Below, piece by piece: positions 1 to 11,879 of a stretch of 64,000 bases of DNA (position 1 is its first letter; each line of letters starts with the position of its first letter). Under the pieces are notes generated by a model that was given only the letters and a program-made list of their open reading frames with translations, made no database searches and had not been told where the DNA came from. This DNA comes from Phaeosaccion multiseriatum. Taxonomy: Eukaryota; Protista; Ochrophyta, other classes. The stretch is from contig OZ218953.1 of NCBI GenBank assembly GCA_965112735.1, positions 2,108,001-2,172,000 on the forward strand. Direction: 5' to 3'. The translations under genes and the position numbers were made by a program.

Positions 1-923
1 AAATCTTGCCCAATACCCGCTCAATGTGGCTCTTTCCCTTGGATCCCACCGGCTCGTCAAAGGAGGCATAGCGATTCATATCGTGCACCATGTCCTGGAT
101 CTCCTCCCGGAAGGGCGCCGTGTCTGCCGGCCACGTCATGCTCAGAATGAACTTTTCCATTTGAGAAGAGTACATTCCCTTTGCCACTTTCTTCCACTCC
201 CCCAACTTGCCCTGCCCATCCTCTGCTACAGTCTTGGCCTTCTGCACCATCGCGTTCGCCAAGCCCGACAGGAGCGCACCTCCCCCTCCCCCTCCTCCAC
301 CTCCTGCTCCGCGTCCACCGCGTCGGGGGGCAGGAGGGCCCCCCTTGCCTCTACGAGCGGGGACTACTTGTCGGTCCTTCCTGTGGGGGTCAGGCGGGGA
401 GGCAGGCAGGGCATGGGAGAGGGTTGACGAGGGGGGTGAGAGTAAGTAAGAGGGGGTGCTGGTGCTAAAGACCCAAACAAGGCCCGCAGAGGCAACCTCA
501 CCCTCCCCCCCCCCCCACCCCACCCCACGCCACCCGCTTCTGTATGCTGGCACCGCACGCACCCACGTACCATCTCCAGTCATCCTCCTCTTCGTCATAC
601 CCGTCGTACTCGTCATCGTATTCGTCGTCAAAATCATCCTCTTCCTCCTCGTATCTTCTCTTCGCACTACTGCCCCCTCCTCTCCCACTCCCTCCTCCTC
701 CCCCTCCGCTTTTCCGCTTTGCGCTCCTGCTCCCTGGTCTTTCTGGCTCAGCAACACGTGTCTTCCCCCCTCCCCCTCCTCCTCCTCGTCCACCGCTGCT
801 CGATCTTCCCGACCCTGCTCTACTCTTGGAACTCCTGCTGTTGCTGGTGCCACTACCTCTGCTGCCACTTCCCCCTGACTTTTTGGGGCGAGATGCCCCT
901 CCTCCTCCTGTGTGGTACGCCAC
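1..923 (-). CDS. Partial (3'-truncated) spliced gene, hypothetical protein; weak resemblance to the start of an ANTH/ENTH-type helical domain
   Basis: A Gly/Ser- and acidic-rich exon (~923-570, GT donor after DDWR) is followed by a CAG acceptor at ~381. The next exon reads ...GKLGEWKKVAKGMYSSQMEKFILSMTWPADTTAPFREEIQDMVHDMNRY... to the window edge. The start codon is uncertain (an ATG at 997 is in another frame). Confidence 0.4.
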
Positions 924-1790
924 GGCAGTTGAAAGCAGTGAGTCGGCAGATCAAAGCAACCAAACGGACAAGGACACATGCAAGGAGGAGGTTGCATTAG
1001 TTGTATGACATACGAGGGAGGGAAAGCTGCACTACTGCCCGAGTCTTGGTAAGATGCACGGCGGCATTGGCACCTACGGGCCCGGAGCGTTAGACACGTA
1101 GCAGCGTCGTCTCTGGTGTTGCCCTCACGATCCCTATAAGCACTGCTCCGCTGTCTGGCACCAGCGCTAAGAGCGAGGAGCGGACACGTCGCTGGCGACA
1201 TTGCCTGTACTGCCGCTACAAGCAAGTAGCACAAGGACAAGTGGCAGCCAACAGGAGGGAGCTCCCCGTGTAAACAATCCTTGCAACCATTCCTCGGCGC
1301 CTAACAAACTAATGGCCATAGCGCACAGCCGAGGACAGTCATACTTTCTTCTCTACATAGCCGGTGAGAGAAGCAGGGGCTCCACAACGGAGCCCCCCCA
1401 TCACAGTCTCTGTTTCTACTGTGAGGGACTTGCATGTGGGGACAGCCGCACGCATACCTCAGCCTGTTTCGCGACATCAACGCTTACCTCTGGAAGAGCG
1501 CGACGAGGAGGGAAGCGCCACCACAGTTGCCAGCAGCAGAGTTACGAGCACAAACAGCGCTATCCTCGGCGAAGCAGCCGCCATCGTACAATACGTCTCA
1601 GATGGAGGCAATCCACATCCCCAGGGGGGAGGATATGTCAATGACGAGTACGTAGAGTGCCATATTTGACGATTTTGCTAAAAGTAAAGTGGTACGCGGA
1701 CGGCCACCACCCACGCTTGGCGCTGTCTCGCAAGGAAAGCCTCAGGAGAGGACACCCCAAGGAACAAGGGCCTCTAGGGGAGAGGCGACG

Positions 1791-3638
1791 ATGGACAGTG
1801 TAGATTTTGTGCTCCAGGCTGTACCCGAGCTGAACGAAGAGGGAGATTTTCTCTCTCTCGAGGGGGCAGCCTTCTATGCCAATGGAGAGGTACGGGGCGG
1901 GATGGGACGGGACGGCACAGGGGTTGACAGAGACAGGCTGGGGTGGCTCAGAGGGTCCAGATTAGGGAGCGAGTGGGGGGACGATGGAGGAAGAGCTGCT
2001 CCGGCGGCTCGCGATGATCTTTGGGAACACATCATTCCTTCTCCCAGGCTCCTCTCATTCCCCGTCCTCTTCTCCTCTCCTCTCTCCTTCCCTCGTTTCC
2101 GCTTTACTCAACCACCATCACTGCGAGCAGCAGCAGCAGCAGCTTCCTGCGCTTTCTGCCATCGAAGTTTTGAGCTGTGCTGTGACTGGAGCTGCCTCCC
2201 TCGAAGCCTCTTGTCGAGAGGCCCGGCGATGGCTCCGAGCAATTACAGCAAAACTCTCTGACCCTGCCTCCAGCCTAAGCAGCAGTAGTGCCAGCAGCAA
2301 CGACAAAAGAAGTGGTGGGAAGGGAAAGAAAGGCATCGGAGGAAGCCGTAGTCGCTCGTCTCCATCCTCGGAAGGGGGTGGAGGAGGTGGAGGAGGGGCA
2401 GACCAGGAGGTAGATGACGTGTTTGACTCCGGAGGTGCAGGAGGGGGAAGGGGCGAGGGGTATCAGAGCCGCCACATCCGAATGGAACACCTGACTGCTC
2501 TTTGTGAATGCAGCCCCGTCGCGGAGCTGGAGCGCAGGTAAGAGAGAGAGAGAGAGAGAGAGTGCGAGCGAGCGAAGGGCGGGCTTCTTCTCCTCCTCCT
2601 TCTCCTCCCGTCTCTCCATACCGCCCCCCCCTCCCCTTCCTCTTACCACTGCCGCCCATGCCGATGGCGCTGCGCTATCCCCTACTGCTTTTGTCCTCCC
2701 CTCCCCCTGCCCCCCTCCCCCGTCACAAACGAGAGCAGCCTCGACCCAATCTTGCGAGCCATTCTCACGGGCATGGCCACTCGGGAGCTTCCTCACACCC
2801 GCGCCGCAGCCATGTGTGCCCTGTGTGCCCTCACGCACCGCCTCTTGACCGCCCCAGCCGCCGCAGCAGGGCCGGCCTCGAGCTTTGACCCTGGGGCGCA
2901 AAGCGGTGGGGGTGGGGGCAGCAGCAGCAGTAGCCTCAGCAGCCTCAGTAGCCCCTCCAGCGGCACGACCGTCGCCGTGAGCTACGGAGTGAGCGAGCAG
3001 CAGGCGTTACAGGCGTTTCAGAAACGTCGGGCGGGGCTGGCTGGCTGCGTGTCAAGGGTCATGCCCCAGCTACTGCAGTGTCTCCTCGCGCCACAGCAGC
3101 CTCCGCATCACCAGCAGCATCAGCCTCAGCCACCAGATAGTAATAACAACAGCAGTAGCAGCAGCAAAAGCAGCAGTAGTAGTAGCAGTAGTAGCAATAG
3201 CAATAGCAGTAGTAGCAATAGCAGTAGTCGGAGACTGTTGGTGCGCTCCGCGCTCACCACGGTGCAGACGCTCACCTCGAACTTACCAAACGCGATGCGG
3301 TCCCACCTGAGTAAGCTCTATGCCGCCCTCGGCCCCCTCTTACTCGACGACGACCAAGAGACTCGGCAATTGGCGGCAAGGGTGGTGGCGCTGCTGCCTC
3401 TGTGCACCGGTGATGTGTCCTCCTCGTGGCCCAACGCGCTGCAGAGGCTCGCTCTGGAGGCTCACAGGTTAGGTGGGGCGGGGTGGTGGGGTGGAGAGGT
3501 GGTAAGGTAGTACAAGTGAAGGAGGGAAGGAGGCATGGGGTGTGGAAGAGGGAGGAAGCATACCGGGGAGGGGTGGGCGGGCCGGCCGGCCATGTGGAGT
3601 TGTCTCTCGCTCACATCATCTCTCTCTCTCCTCTTCCG

Positions 3639-3669
<31 letters not shown>

Positions 3670-5070
3670 CCACGCACGCCCCCAACCCCCTCCTGCAGCA
3701 CCCTGGAGGGCGCTTGGCCGGACCCTCACGTGGACATGCGGCCCATTGAGTCCGCGGCTCAGCTTCGGACCATGCTGGCGGACAGGCTGCTGCCCTCGCT
3801 GCAGCCAACGGAGGGGCAGGCGAAGGGGCAGGCGGTGAGTGGGCTGGTGTATCTGGGGTCAGGGTCAGGGTTAAGGTCAGGGTCAGGGTAAGGGTCAGAT
3901 TGCTCCGATCTTGGCTATCCCTCTCACTGTCAAACCCCTCCTCCCAACTCCCCTCACCCCTCACCCTTCACCCCGGACTCCTCCCGCTTCACAGATGTCT
4001 GCGGTGAGCCAACAGGCATTGATGGTACTCACCGCTAGGGCTCTGAGCAGCTTAGTGGAGGTAATGGGGCACATGCTGGAGGGTGGGGCCCCCTCGGGCT
4101 TGCTGGTATCGGTGCCTCTTCGGCTGCTGCTGTCTGTGGTGGATAGGGTCATGCGGATGGTCCCTCGAGTCAAGCAAGGGGGTGCCGCAGCAGCGGCGAG
4201 GATGCCAGTGGCGCAGGTGAGGGAGGGAGGGAGGGAGGGAGGGAGGGAGGGAGGGAGGGAGGGAGGGAGGGAGGGAGGGAGCAAGGTTGCTCTCTCCCAG
4301 GGAAGAATATACGGGGCTTCCTTCTTTCCTTATGCCCTCCCTCGACCTCGTGTCCTGCCATCACACACATCACACTCGTGCTCCTTCCCCACCTCCTCCT
4401 CCCCCCTCTTTCTCCTGTCTTTCCTACCTCCCACCTACCTACCCTCCTACCCTCCCACCTACGTACGTACGTACCTATGTACCTACTTACCTGCTGCCAA
4501 TTTACCACTTCCTTCCCCTTCCCCTCCCCTTACCCCACAGGACTCTCTCTCACCTGTATCCCTCCTCCTCATCCTCCCCTCCCTGCGCGAGAGTGCCTCC
4601 CTCCTGCTGCTCTCCTGCGCGACTCTTCCTCGAGTGGCTCTCCTCCGCCTTGCCCCGAGAGCCGTTCGGCACGCACTTCACGCCCTCTCGCCGGACGGGA
4701 TGGGTGGTGCGCATCGCCGTCAGCAACAGCAGCAGTTGGTGCTACAGCAGCATGTTCCTTCGGTGACGGCCTGTAGGGCGGCGACGGCGGTGCTGAGGCA
4801 GCTCGGGCCAGCAGGTAGGAGATAAGGGCAGTACAGAGAGAAGAGAGAGCAAGCAAAGCGAAACAAAGCGAGGCAAAATAGCAGCGCTTGGTACAGAGAG
4901 AGAGAGAGCCAAGCGAAGCCAAGCGAAGCCAAGCGAAGCCAAGCGAAGCCAAGTGAAGCATCATTGGAGCACTGAGGAAGGATCACGTAGGGGCGTTGCT
5001 TTGCATCCCATCCGTCGCGGCCCGTCTGTCTGTCTGTCTGTCTATCTGTCTGTGTGTCTGTGTGTCTGTG

Positions 5071-5117
<47 letters not shown>

Positions 5118-5156
5118 GTGTCTGTCTGTCTGTCTGTCTGTGTGTCTGTGTGTCTA

Positions 5157-5203
<47 letters not shown>

Positions 5204-5206
5204 GCC

Positions 5207-5265
<59 letters not shown>

Positions 5266-6063
5266 CTGTCTGTCTGTGTGTCTGTGTGTCTGTGTGTCTG
5301 TGTGTCTATTTGTCTGTCTGTCTATCTGTCTGTCTGTCTGTCTGTTTGTCTGTTTGTCTGTCTGTGTGTCTGTCTGTCTGTGTGTCTGTGTGTCTGTCTG
5401 TCTGTGTGTCTGTGTGTCTGTGTGTCTATTTGTCTGTCTGTCTGCCTGTCTGTCTGTCTGTCTGTCTATCTGTCTGTCTGTCTATCTATCTATCTGTCTG
5501 TCTGTCTGTGTGTCTGTCTGTCTGTGTGTCTGTCTGTGTGTCTGTCTGTCTGTGTGTCTGTCTGTGTGTCTGTGTGTCTGTCTGTCTGCCTGTCTGTCTG
5601 TCTGTCTGTCTGTCTCTTCCTCTGCCTCTGCCTCTGTATCCGACCCGACCCGTCTGTCTCTACACTGCCGTTTTGCTCGTCTCATGTGTCCGTTACTGAT
5701 CCCCATTTCCTCTCTCTCTATGTATGTGTATGTATGTCTGTGTGTGCATGTGCGTGCATACGTTTGTGCGTGCGTGTCCCTGAACAGCCGGAGAGGCGTT
5801 GGGTGGCCCCATGGTCTCTCGTCTCCTTCCGTGGCTGAGCCTCGCTCTCGCCCTTGATGGAGCCCCGGGGAGCGGCGGCAGCTCGGAGACCGGAAGTGCA
5901 GCCCGCTCAATAGTAGCAGCAGCAGCAGCAGCACAAGGAGGAAGGGGAGGAGGGTCCAACCCTCGATCGAAGGGGCTAGGGGTGGATGCTGTCTCCCTAT
6001 CCACCAAGGCTCAGCTGGCCTCTGCAACGTACGTGTGTGCGGGAGAGCGGGGACGTGCGTGTG

Positions 6064-6102
<39 letters not shown>

Positions 6103-7550
6103 AGCTCGCGTCAGTCTCTTTTCTACTCATGTCTTTCTATCGTTCGCTCTCTCTGTCTCTCTCCCCTTTCTCTTGTCTCTGTGCTGCGAGGACTTCTCCC
6201 TCTGTGCCTCCTCTCGGCGACAATTGGTGTGCATATCAAAGCCTTTTGGCCACTCACACCACACCCTCTCCACCCTTCTCTTTCTTTCTTCGCCTTTCCG
6301 TCTCTCCCTCTCCCATTCTCCCTCCCTCTCTCGCTCCCTCCCTTTCTCCGTCTCTCTCTCTGTCCTCATCAACGACAACAGGAGTGCGAAGAAGAACAGC
6401 AAGAAGAGGAAGCGAAAAGAACTCAACAGAGCCACCAACGCAAACGCCAGCGCGGAACCCTCCGCCAAGACCCCCAGGAAGGGCGGCAAAGGGGCAGGGA
6501 CGGACCCCGGGGGAGAAACCGACCCAGGGGGGGACGCTACCCTCGGCCGGGTGTCAGGACACGGACCTGTGGTTTCTGTGGAGGTGTGCGTGGCCGCCTT
6601 GGAGAGCCTCACTCAGGTGCGTCATGTTTGGCTAAAGCTACGTACAACCTACCCCCCAACAGCCACCTCCCAACCCCCCACCCCCAACCTAAATCCTCCC
6701 TTCACGCACACACACGCACACGATTACGTAAGTCTTAGGTTGATTCCCATTAAGTCAATGAATTTTTCCCTCCCGCAACCCAACCCAACCCCTCCCTCCA
6801 CACCCCCTCCCCGCACTACTCTCAGGTGGTCTATTGCGTAGGCTGCCATCTGCCCCGATCCACTCGCCTCCGCCTTGAACAGGCCGTGGGGCAGGGTCTC
6901 AGGCATGTGCAGGCAGCAGCGTGCCAGGACGTACTGCTCGCCCCCCCGGGTTCGTCCGGCGTGCTCTCCCGGGGTGGAGGGGGAGGGGGAATTCCGAGTC
7001 GAGGTGGGGAGGGGTGGAAGGCCTCGCCCGTGGCTTGCTCGGCGGAGGTGCTCGCTTCGTTCCTTGCGCTGGCGCAGGTGAGTTTGGTTGATGTAGTCGG
7101 TTGGGTACTTTCTCTCCTATCCCAATATCTCCATCTCTCTCTTATCTCTCCTTCTTTCGGCCCGTTGCACTTCCCTCTCTCTGTCTCTCTCTCACACGCC
7201 CAAACGCCGCTCAACCCCACCTCCTGCTCTGCGCGAACACACACACACACGCACACACACACTCGCGCATACACACACACAAACACACGCACCCCTACCC
7301 CCCCCCCCTTTCAGGCCTGCATCATCGCTCCTCGCCAGGATGGGACGGGAAGTGGCCATCTCCTCCCTCTGGCCTTAGCTGCCTTCGGTAAGTCGTCTGT
7401 GTGCGTGTGTGCGTGTGTGCGTGTATGTGTGCGTGTGTGTGTGCGTGTGTGTGCTGGATAGAGAGGGATAGAGAGAACACTTGCCCCCTCTGGCCTTGGT
7501 TACCTTCGGTGAGAGAGATCAGACACAGAGAGAGACGCGAGCGAGTGCCG

Positions 7551-7586
<36 letters not shown>

Positions 7587-8510
7587 ATCACCAACTGCTG
7601 CTGCTTCTACTCTTTGTTGGTTGCCCCTCTCTTGTCCTTTGTGCTTCCCTACGCTATAGAGGGAGCAAAGCGGGTCCGTAACGAGAAGGTGTCGACTGTG
7701 GCGCACGCAGGCATGGCAACGCTTGAAGCTGTTCTACATCCAAGAGTGTATCCGCTCCATATACCTGACGCTGTCGCCAACCAGTTCATAGACGCAAGGT
7801 CGAGGAGGAGGGGAAGAGGGACACGTGGGGGGGCGGAGGCGGAGGCCGAGGAAGAGGAGGTGGGGGGGGAGAAAGAGGAGGGGGAGGAGGAGGAGGAGGA
7901 GGAGGAGGAGGAGGAGGAGCAGGAGGAGGAGGAAGAGGAGAAGGAGGAGGAGGAATATAAGGCAGAAGAGAAGGAGAAGGCAGAAGAGGAGGAGGAGGAG
8001 GAGGAGGAGGAGGAGGAGGAGGAGGAGGAGGAGGAGGAGGGAGACACGCTGCAGCCGCAGGACGGGGGGGAGAAAGCGGAGCGACAAACAGGGAGAGAGG
8101 AGCCTACAATCAACAATAGCAACAGTGATCTACCGCTTTCCACAGGAGCGAGCGCGATGGAAGAAGAGGAGGGGGAGAAGAGGAAGCAAGAGGAGGAGGA
8201 GGGGCAGGAGGAGGAGGAGGAGGAGGAGGAGGAGGAGGAGGAGGAGGAGGAGGAGGAGGAGGAGCAGGAGGAACCTAGTATGGCGGTAGCGTCAAGATCA
8301 GGAAATGGCAAAGGGAAGAAGCAAATGAGCCCACATGGATTGTCATCATCATCATCAGCTGCAGTTGGTGATACAGCAGCAGCAAGAGGAGCAGTAGCAG
8401 TCGCGGATACAGCAGGAACAGGAGGAGGAGCAGGAAGCGGGGCCGCAGGGATGGAAGACGACTCAAGCGAGGACGACTTTGAGTTTCCCGAAATCGTTGA
8501 CGACGACTAA
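1791..8510 (+). CDS. PELP1: PELP1/Rix1-family pre-60S ribosome biogenesis (rixosome) protein, ~11 exons
   Basis: Approximate exons: 1791-1889, 2131-2537, ~2735-3467, 3698-3834, 3994-4216, 4541-4813, 5788-6028, 6382-6616, 6826-7077, 7315-7387, 7661-8510. HEAT-like segments ([23 protein letters not shown]...[13 protein letters not shown]), the [12 protein letters not shown] motif, a long poly-E tract and the C-terminal [12 protein letters not shown] are typical of Rix1/PELP1. Alternative start at 1984. Confidence 0.72.
4916..4953. repeat. (GCCAAGCGAA)n decamer tandem repeat, ~4 copies, intronic
   Basis: Direct reading of the sequence. Confidence 0.85.
5024..5613. repeat. ~590-bp compound (TCTG/TGTG)n microsatellite in a PELP1 intron
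   Basis: Direct reading; it produces the spurious SVCL-repeat ORFs. Confidence 0.95.
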
Positions 8511-8557
8511 GGACTGAGGACTTGAAGACTGAAGAGTCAAGAAAGAACAGACGAGCG

Positions 8558-8681
8558 AGGACTGAGGGTTGAGCCCCCCTCCCTCCCTCCCTTGTGCGAG
8601 TGATTGGTTTGAGTCGTTCAGGACTGAGGATTGAGCCCCCCTCCCTCCCTCCCTTGTGCAAGTGATTGGTTTGAGTCGTTC
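8558..8681. repeat. 62-bp tandem duplication downstream of the PELP1 stop
   Basis: AGGACTGAGG(G/A)TTGAGCCCC...TGATTGGTTTGAGTCGTTC at 8558-8619 and 8620-8681. Confidence 0.9.
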
Positions 8682-9637
8682 GTTCGATGATCAGTAAGAA
8701 TGAAGATGAGGATACAGTATTTGCAGCCCTTGCTTAGAAAAACAAAGAAAATTACGTAACTACTACTTAGAGTTAGGTGTAGATCTACTTCCCTCACTGC
8801 CTCCTTTTTTGCTTCTCTTGTCTCCCCTCCCCTCCCTCTACTTCTCTCTCACTGCCTTGCGCTGTTCTATACCTTATCTTCTCCTCTCCTGTCTTGGGCT
8901 TTGCGGCGCTGTGCCCGGCCTTTTGTTGGCCTCTTCTCCCCCCGCCCCGCCCTCCTCCTCAAGCCGTCAACTAGCATTATATATCTACTCCTTTCCAGTC
9001 CCTCCCTCCCTCCCTCCACATCCACATCTCCACCTCAGTAATAACCTTAACCTATAACTTCCCAACCTCCCCTGCTTGGGTCCCCCTTTCCTCCCCCACT
9101 TGGGCCCCCCTTCCTCTTGCGCATCATGCGTTCCCATCTGTACGATGGACTAGACAGCCCCCCTGCTCTCGATGCCTGCCCTCGATACATGGGCAGGCAC
9201 ACCGAGCGGGCCTTGTAAAGTCTACATGTAAACCCTCGTTACCCATTCCCCTCCCTCCACCTCACCCCGCCCCCGCCCCCGGCGACAGCCCCCCCACCGG
9301 CATCTGATGTTCTTAACGTCTGCTTTTGTCCTGCCGCATGTCCCTACCAACCTACCCAGCCACCCGCCCCGCTGCTCTGCTGCATTGTGCTGCCTTGTTC
9401 CGGTTGCGCCTTACCACACCACACAAAGCTTGAGAGAGGGGAGCGATGCCTCACCACTCAGCACAAAGACTCTCATCGCTGTGCCGGACATGCACACACA
9501 CACACCTCGTGGCTGGTGCTGTAGTACCAACTGCTGACCCTGCTGCTGCTGCTGCTGCTACTGCCGCTGCTGCAACTCACCGTGTGCATCTTCCCCCTTC
9601 CACTGCCATCTTCTCATCCACTGCCATCTCATCAATC

Positions 9638-10612
9638 TCAATGGAATGGACACTTGCCCTTACCTTCCCCCTCCCCCATGGCCGCCTCAATGTCAATATC
9701 AATACCAACCGCCCCTTCTCCCACAGGACCGACACCCCCAGACACGTCCCCCCCTGACCCCATCGCCCCCGCCTTGACACCCTCCACCTCGACACCCTTG
9801 ATGCTCTCTGCTTGGAGCGGGTCGTGGTGTGTGTGGGCGTGTGAGTGCTTCTCGGCCGTCGCCAAGACAGGCGAACTGTGTTTGTGTGTGCGTGTGCGTG
9901 TGCGTGTGTGTTGAAGTGTGTGGGGGGGGAGGGGGGCACGGAGGCACAAAAGCTTTTGTTAGTTTCGGTTTGGGGGCGTAAATGTGAGCAGGGTTCAGCG
10001 GTCTTCAAAAAGAGAAGAGAGAGAGGGAGGAAGGAGGAGGAGGGGAGGAGGCGGGTTGCACGCACGCACGCACACACGCACACACGCACACACACGCACC
10101 TCTTGCCGTGTTGCCTCCGCTTGGCCCTCACTTTGAGGCCGTTCTCCGTGTGGATGGTGGCACCTGTCACCATGCCCACCTCCTCTGGGGTTGTCGTCAA
10201 CTCAAAGTCATAGTCCCTGTAGGGGTTGGGGATGGGGGGGGGGGGGAGGTGTATGGGCACGGGTCAGTCAAGTCCTTGGAGGAGGGAGGGTATGCCTGTG
10301 TGATTGTGCGCAAGAAGCATATTCTCTTTCGTCGAGTGTACCTCTTAGTCCTCTCCCCCCTCTCTCCCTGCCTGTCTATACTGTGCCTCCTCTCCTCTCC
10401 CCTCCCCTTCCGTATCACCAATTCACTCACCTCAGAATCGTTGCCAACACCACTGTGGCCTCCATCATGGCGAATTGGTCCCCCACGCACTTGCGCGTGC
10501 CTCCCCCAAATGGCACAAACGCAAAGTCCGTCGCAACCTCATTGGGGTAGAGCCCTTGAGCCATCGCCGGACGGTACCCCGCCCAGTCCTGAGGTATGTG
10601 TGTGTGTTTGTG

Positions 10613-10654
<42 letters not shown>

Positions 10655-11015
10655 TCAGATTCAGTTTCAATTGAGTGGGAGGGTTCCCACCACATCAGGG
10701 TGGTAGTCCGGTGTCAGCAGGTGCCAGGACCCACCCATCTCACTCCCTCCGTCCGTCCCTCCCTCCCTCCCTCCCTCACCTTGACAGCAGGGTTGTCGTG
10801 CGGCTCCAGGAAGCGAAGAGGGTTGTACACAGCGGGGTCCTTCCACAGCTGAGGAGAGCGGTGAAGGTTCCAAGAAGAGATGAACACGTCCGCTCCCTTG
10901 AGGAGACGCACGCCCTGGGCAGCACCACCTAAGGAGGGGAGGGGAGGGGAGGGGAGGGAGGGAGGACGAAGAGTGGACACAGAAAAGGACAAGAAATTGG
11001 TTATCGGCGCGCCGG

Positions 11016-11046
<31 letters not shown>

Positions 11047-11822
11047 GAAACAGATACTTATATAAAACAAAACTTCCACTTACACCATCCCCCCCTCCCT
11101 TCCCTCCCTCCCTCCCCCCCCCCACGCACCTGCAGGCAGCACGTCCTCCTTGAGGGCTCTCCTGATGAGCACGGGGGGCTCCGGATACAACCGAAGCGCC
11201 TCCACCAGCGCCAGACGAGTGAGCTTGAGGCGGGGCAAGTCATCGTATGTGGGCAGGCGGCTGTCGCCAAGCACCTTGGGAAGTGAATAGGGACAGGGTT
11301 AGGGGCAGGGCCAGAGTCAGGGCCAGGGGTCAGGATCCAGGACCAGAGTCAGAGTCAGGGTCAGGATGAGGTCCACACACACCCACGCAAACGCACACGC
11401 ACACCCACACATCCTCCTATCTGTCCCGGTACCCCTCTCCCCTCTGTCCTGACACCCACCCACCCTCTCTGTCCGGACACGTACCTCCTTGATCTCGTCT
11501 CGGATCATCTTGGCCATATCGGGGCTCTGAATCAAGTTAAACAGGCTCCAAGTCAGCACGGCGGCGGTGGTCTCGTGCCCTGCGATAAGCATGGTCATGA
11601 GATCGTCTCTGAGCTGCGAGGAGGTGGTGTCTTCCCCGCGCATGTCAATGAGGAAGCGCAGCAGGGAAGGGTCTGCCATCGTTTCCAGGTCACGCTGCTC
11701 CAGCTCCTAAGAACGGGGGGTGGGGAAGGGATAGGAGGGGGAGGAGGGGAAGGGAAGGGAGGGAGGGAGTGTGAGTGGGTGTGCTGGAAGAGAGAGAACA
11801 AAGGAGCCCACGAAGGAAAAGT

Positions 11823-11879
<57 letters not shown>

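Noticed and set aside
1201-1669. Short ORFs upstream of PELP1
   Set aside because: No recognisable domain or splice structure; probably promoter or 5' UTR
4953-6027. Long ORFs of SVCL/DRQT repeats
   Set aside because: They are translations of an intronic TCTG microsatellite
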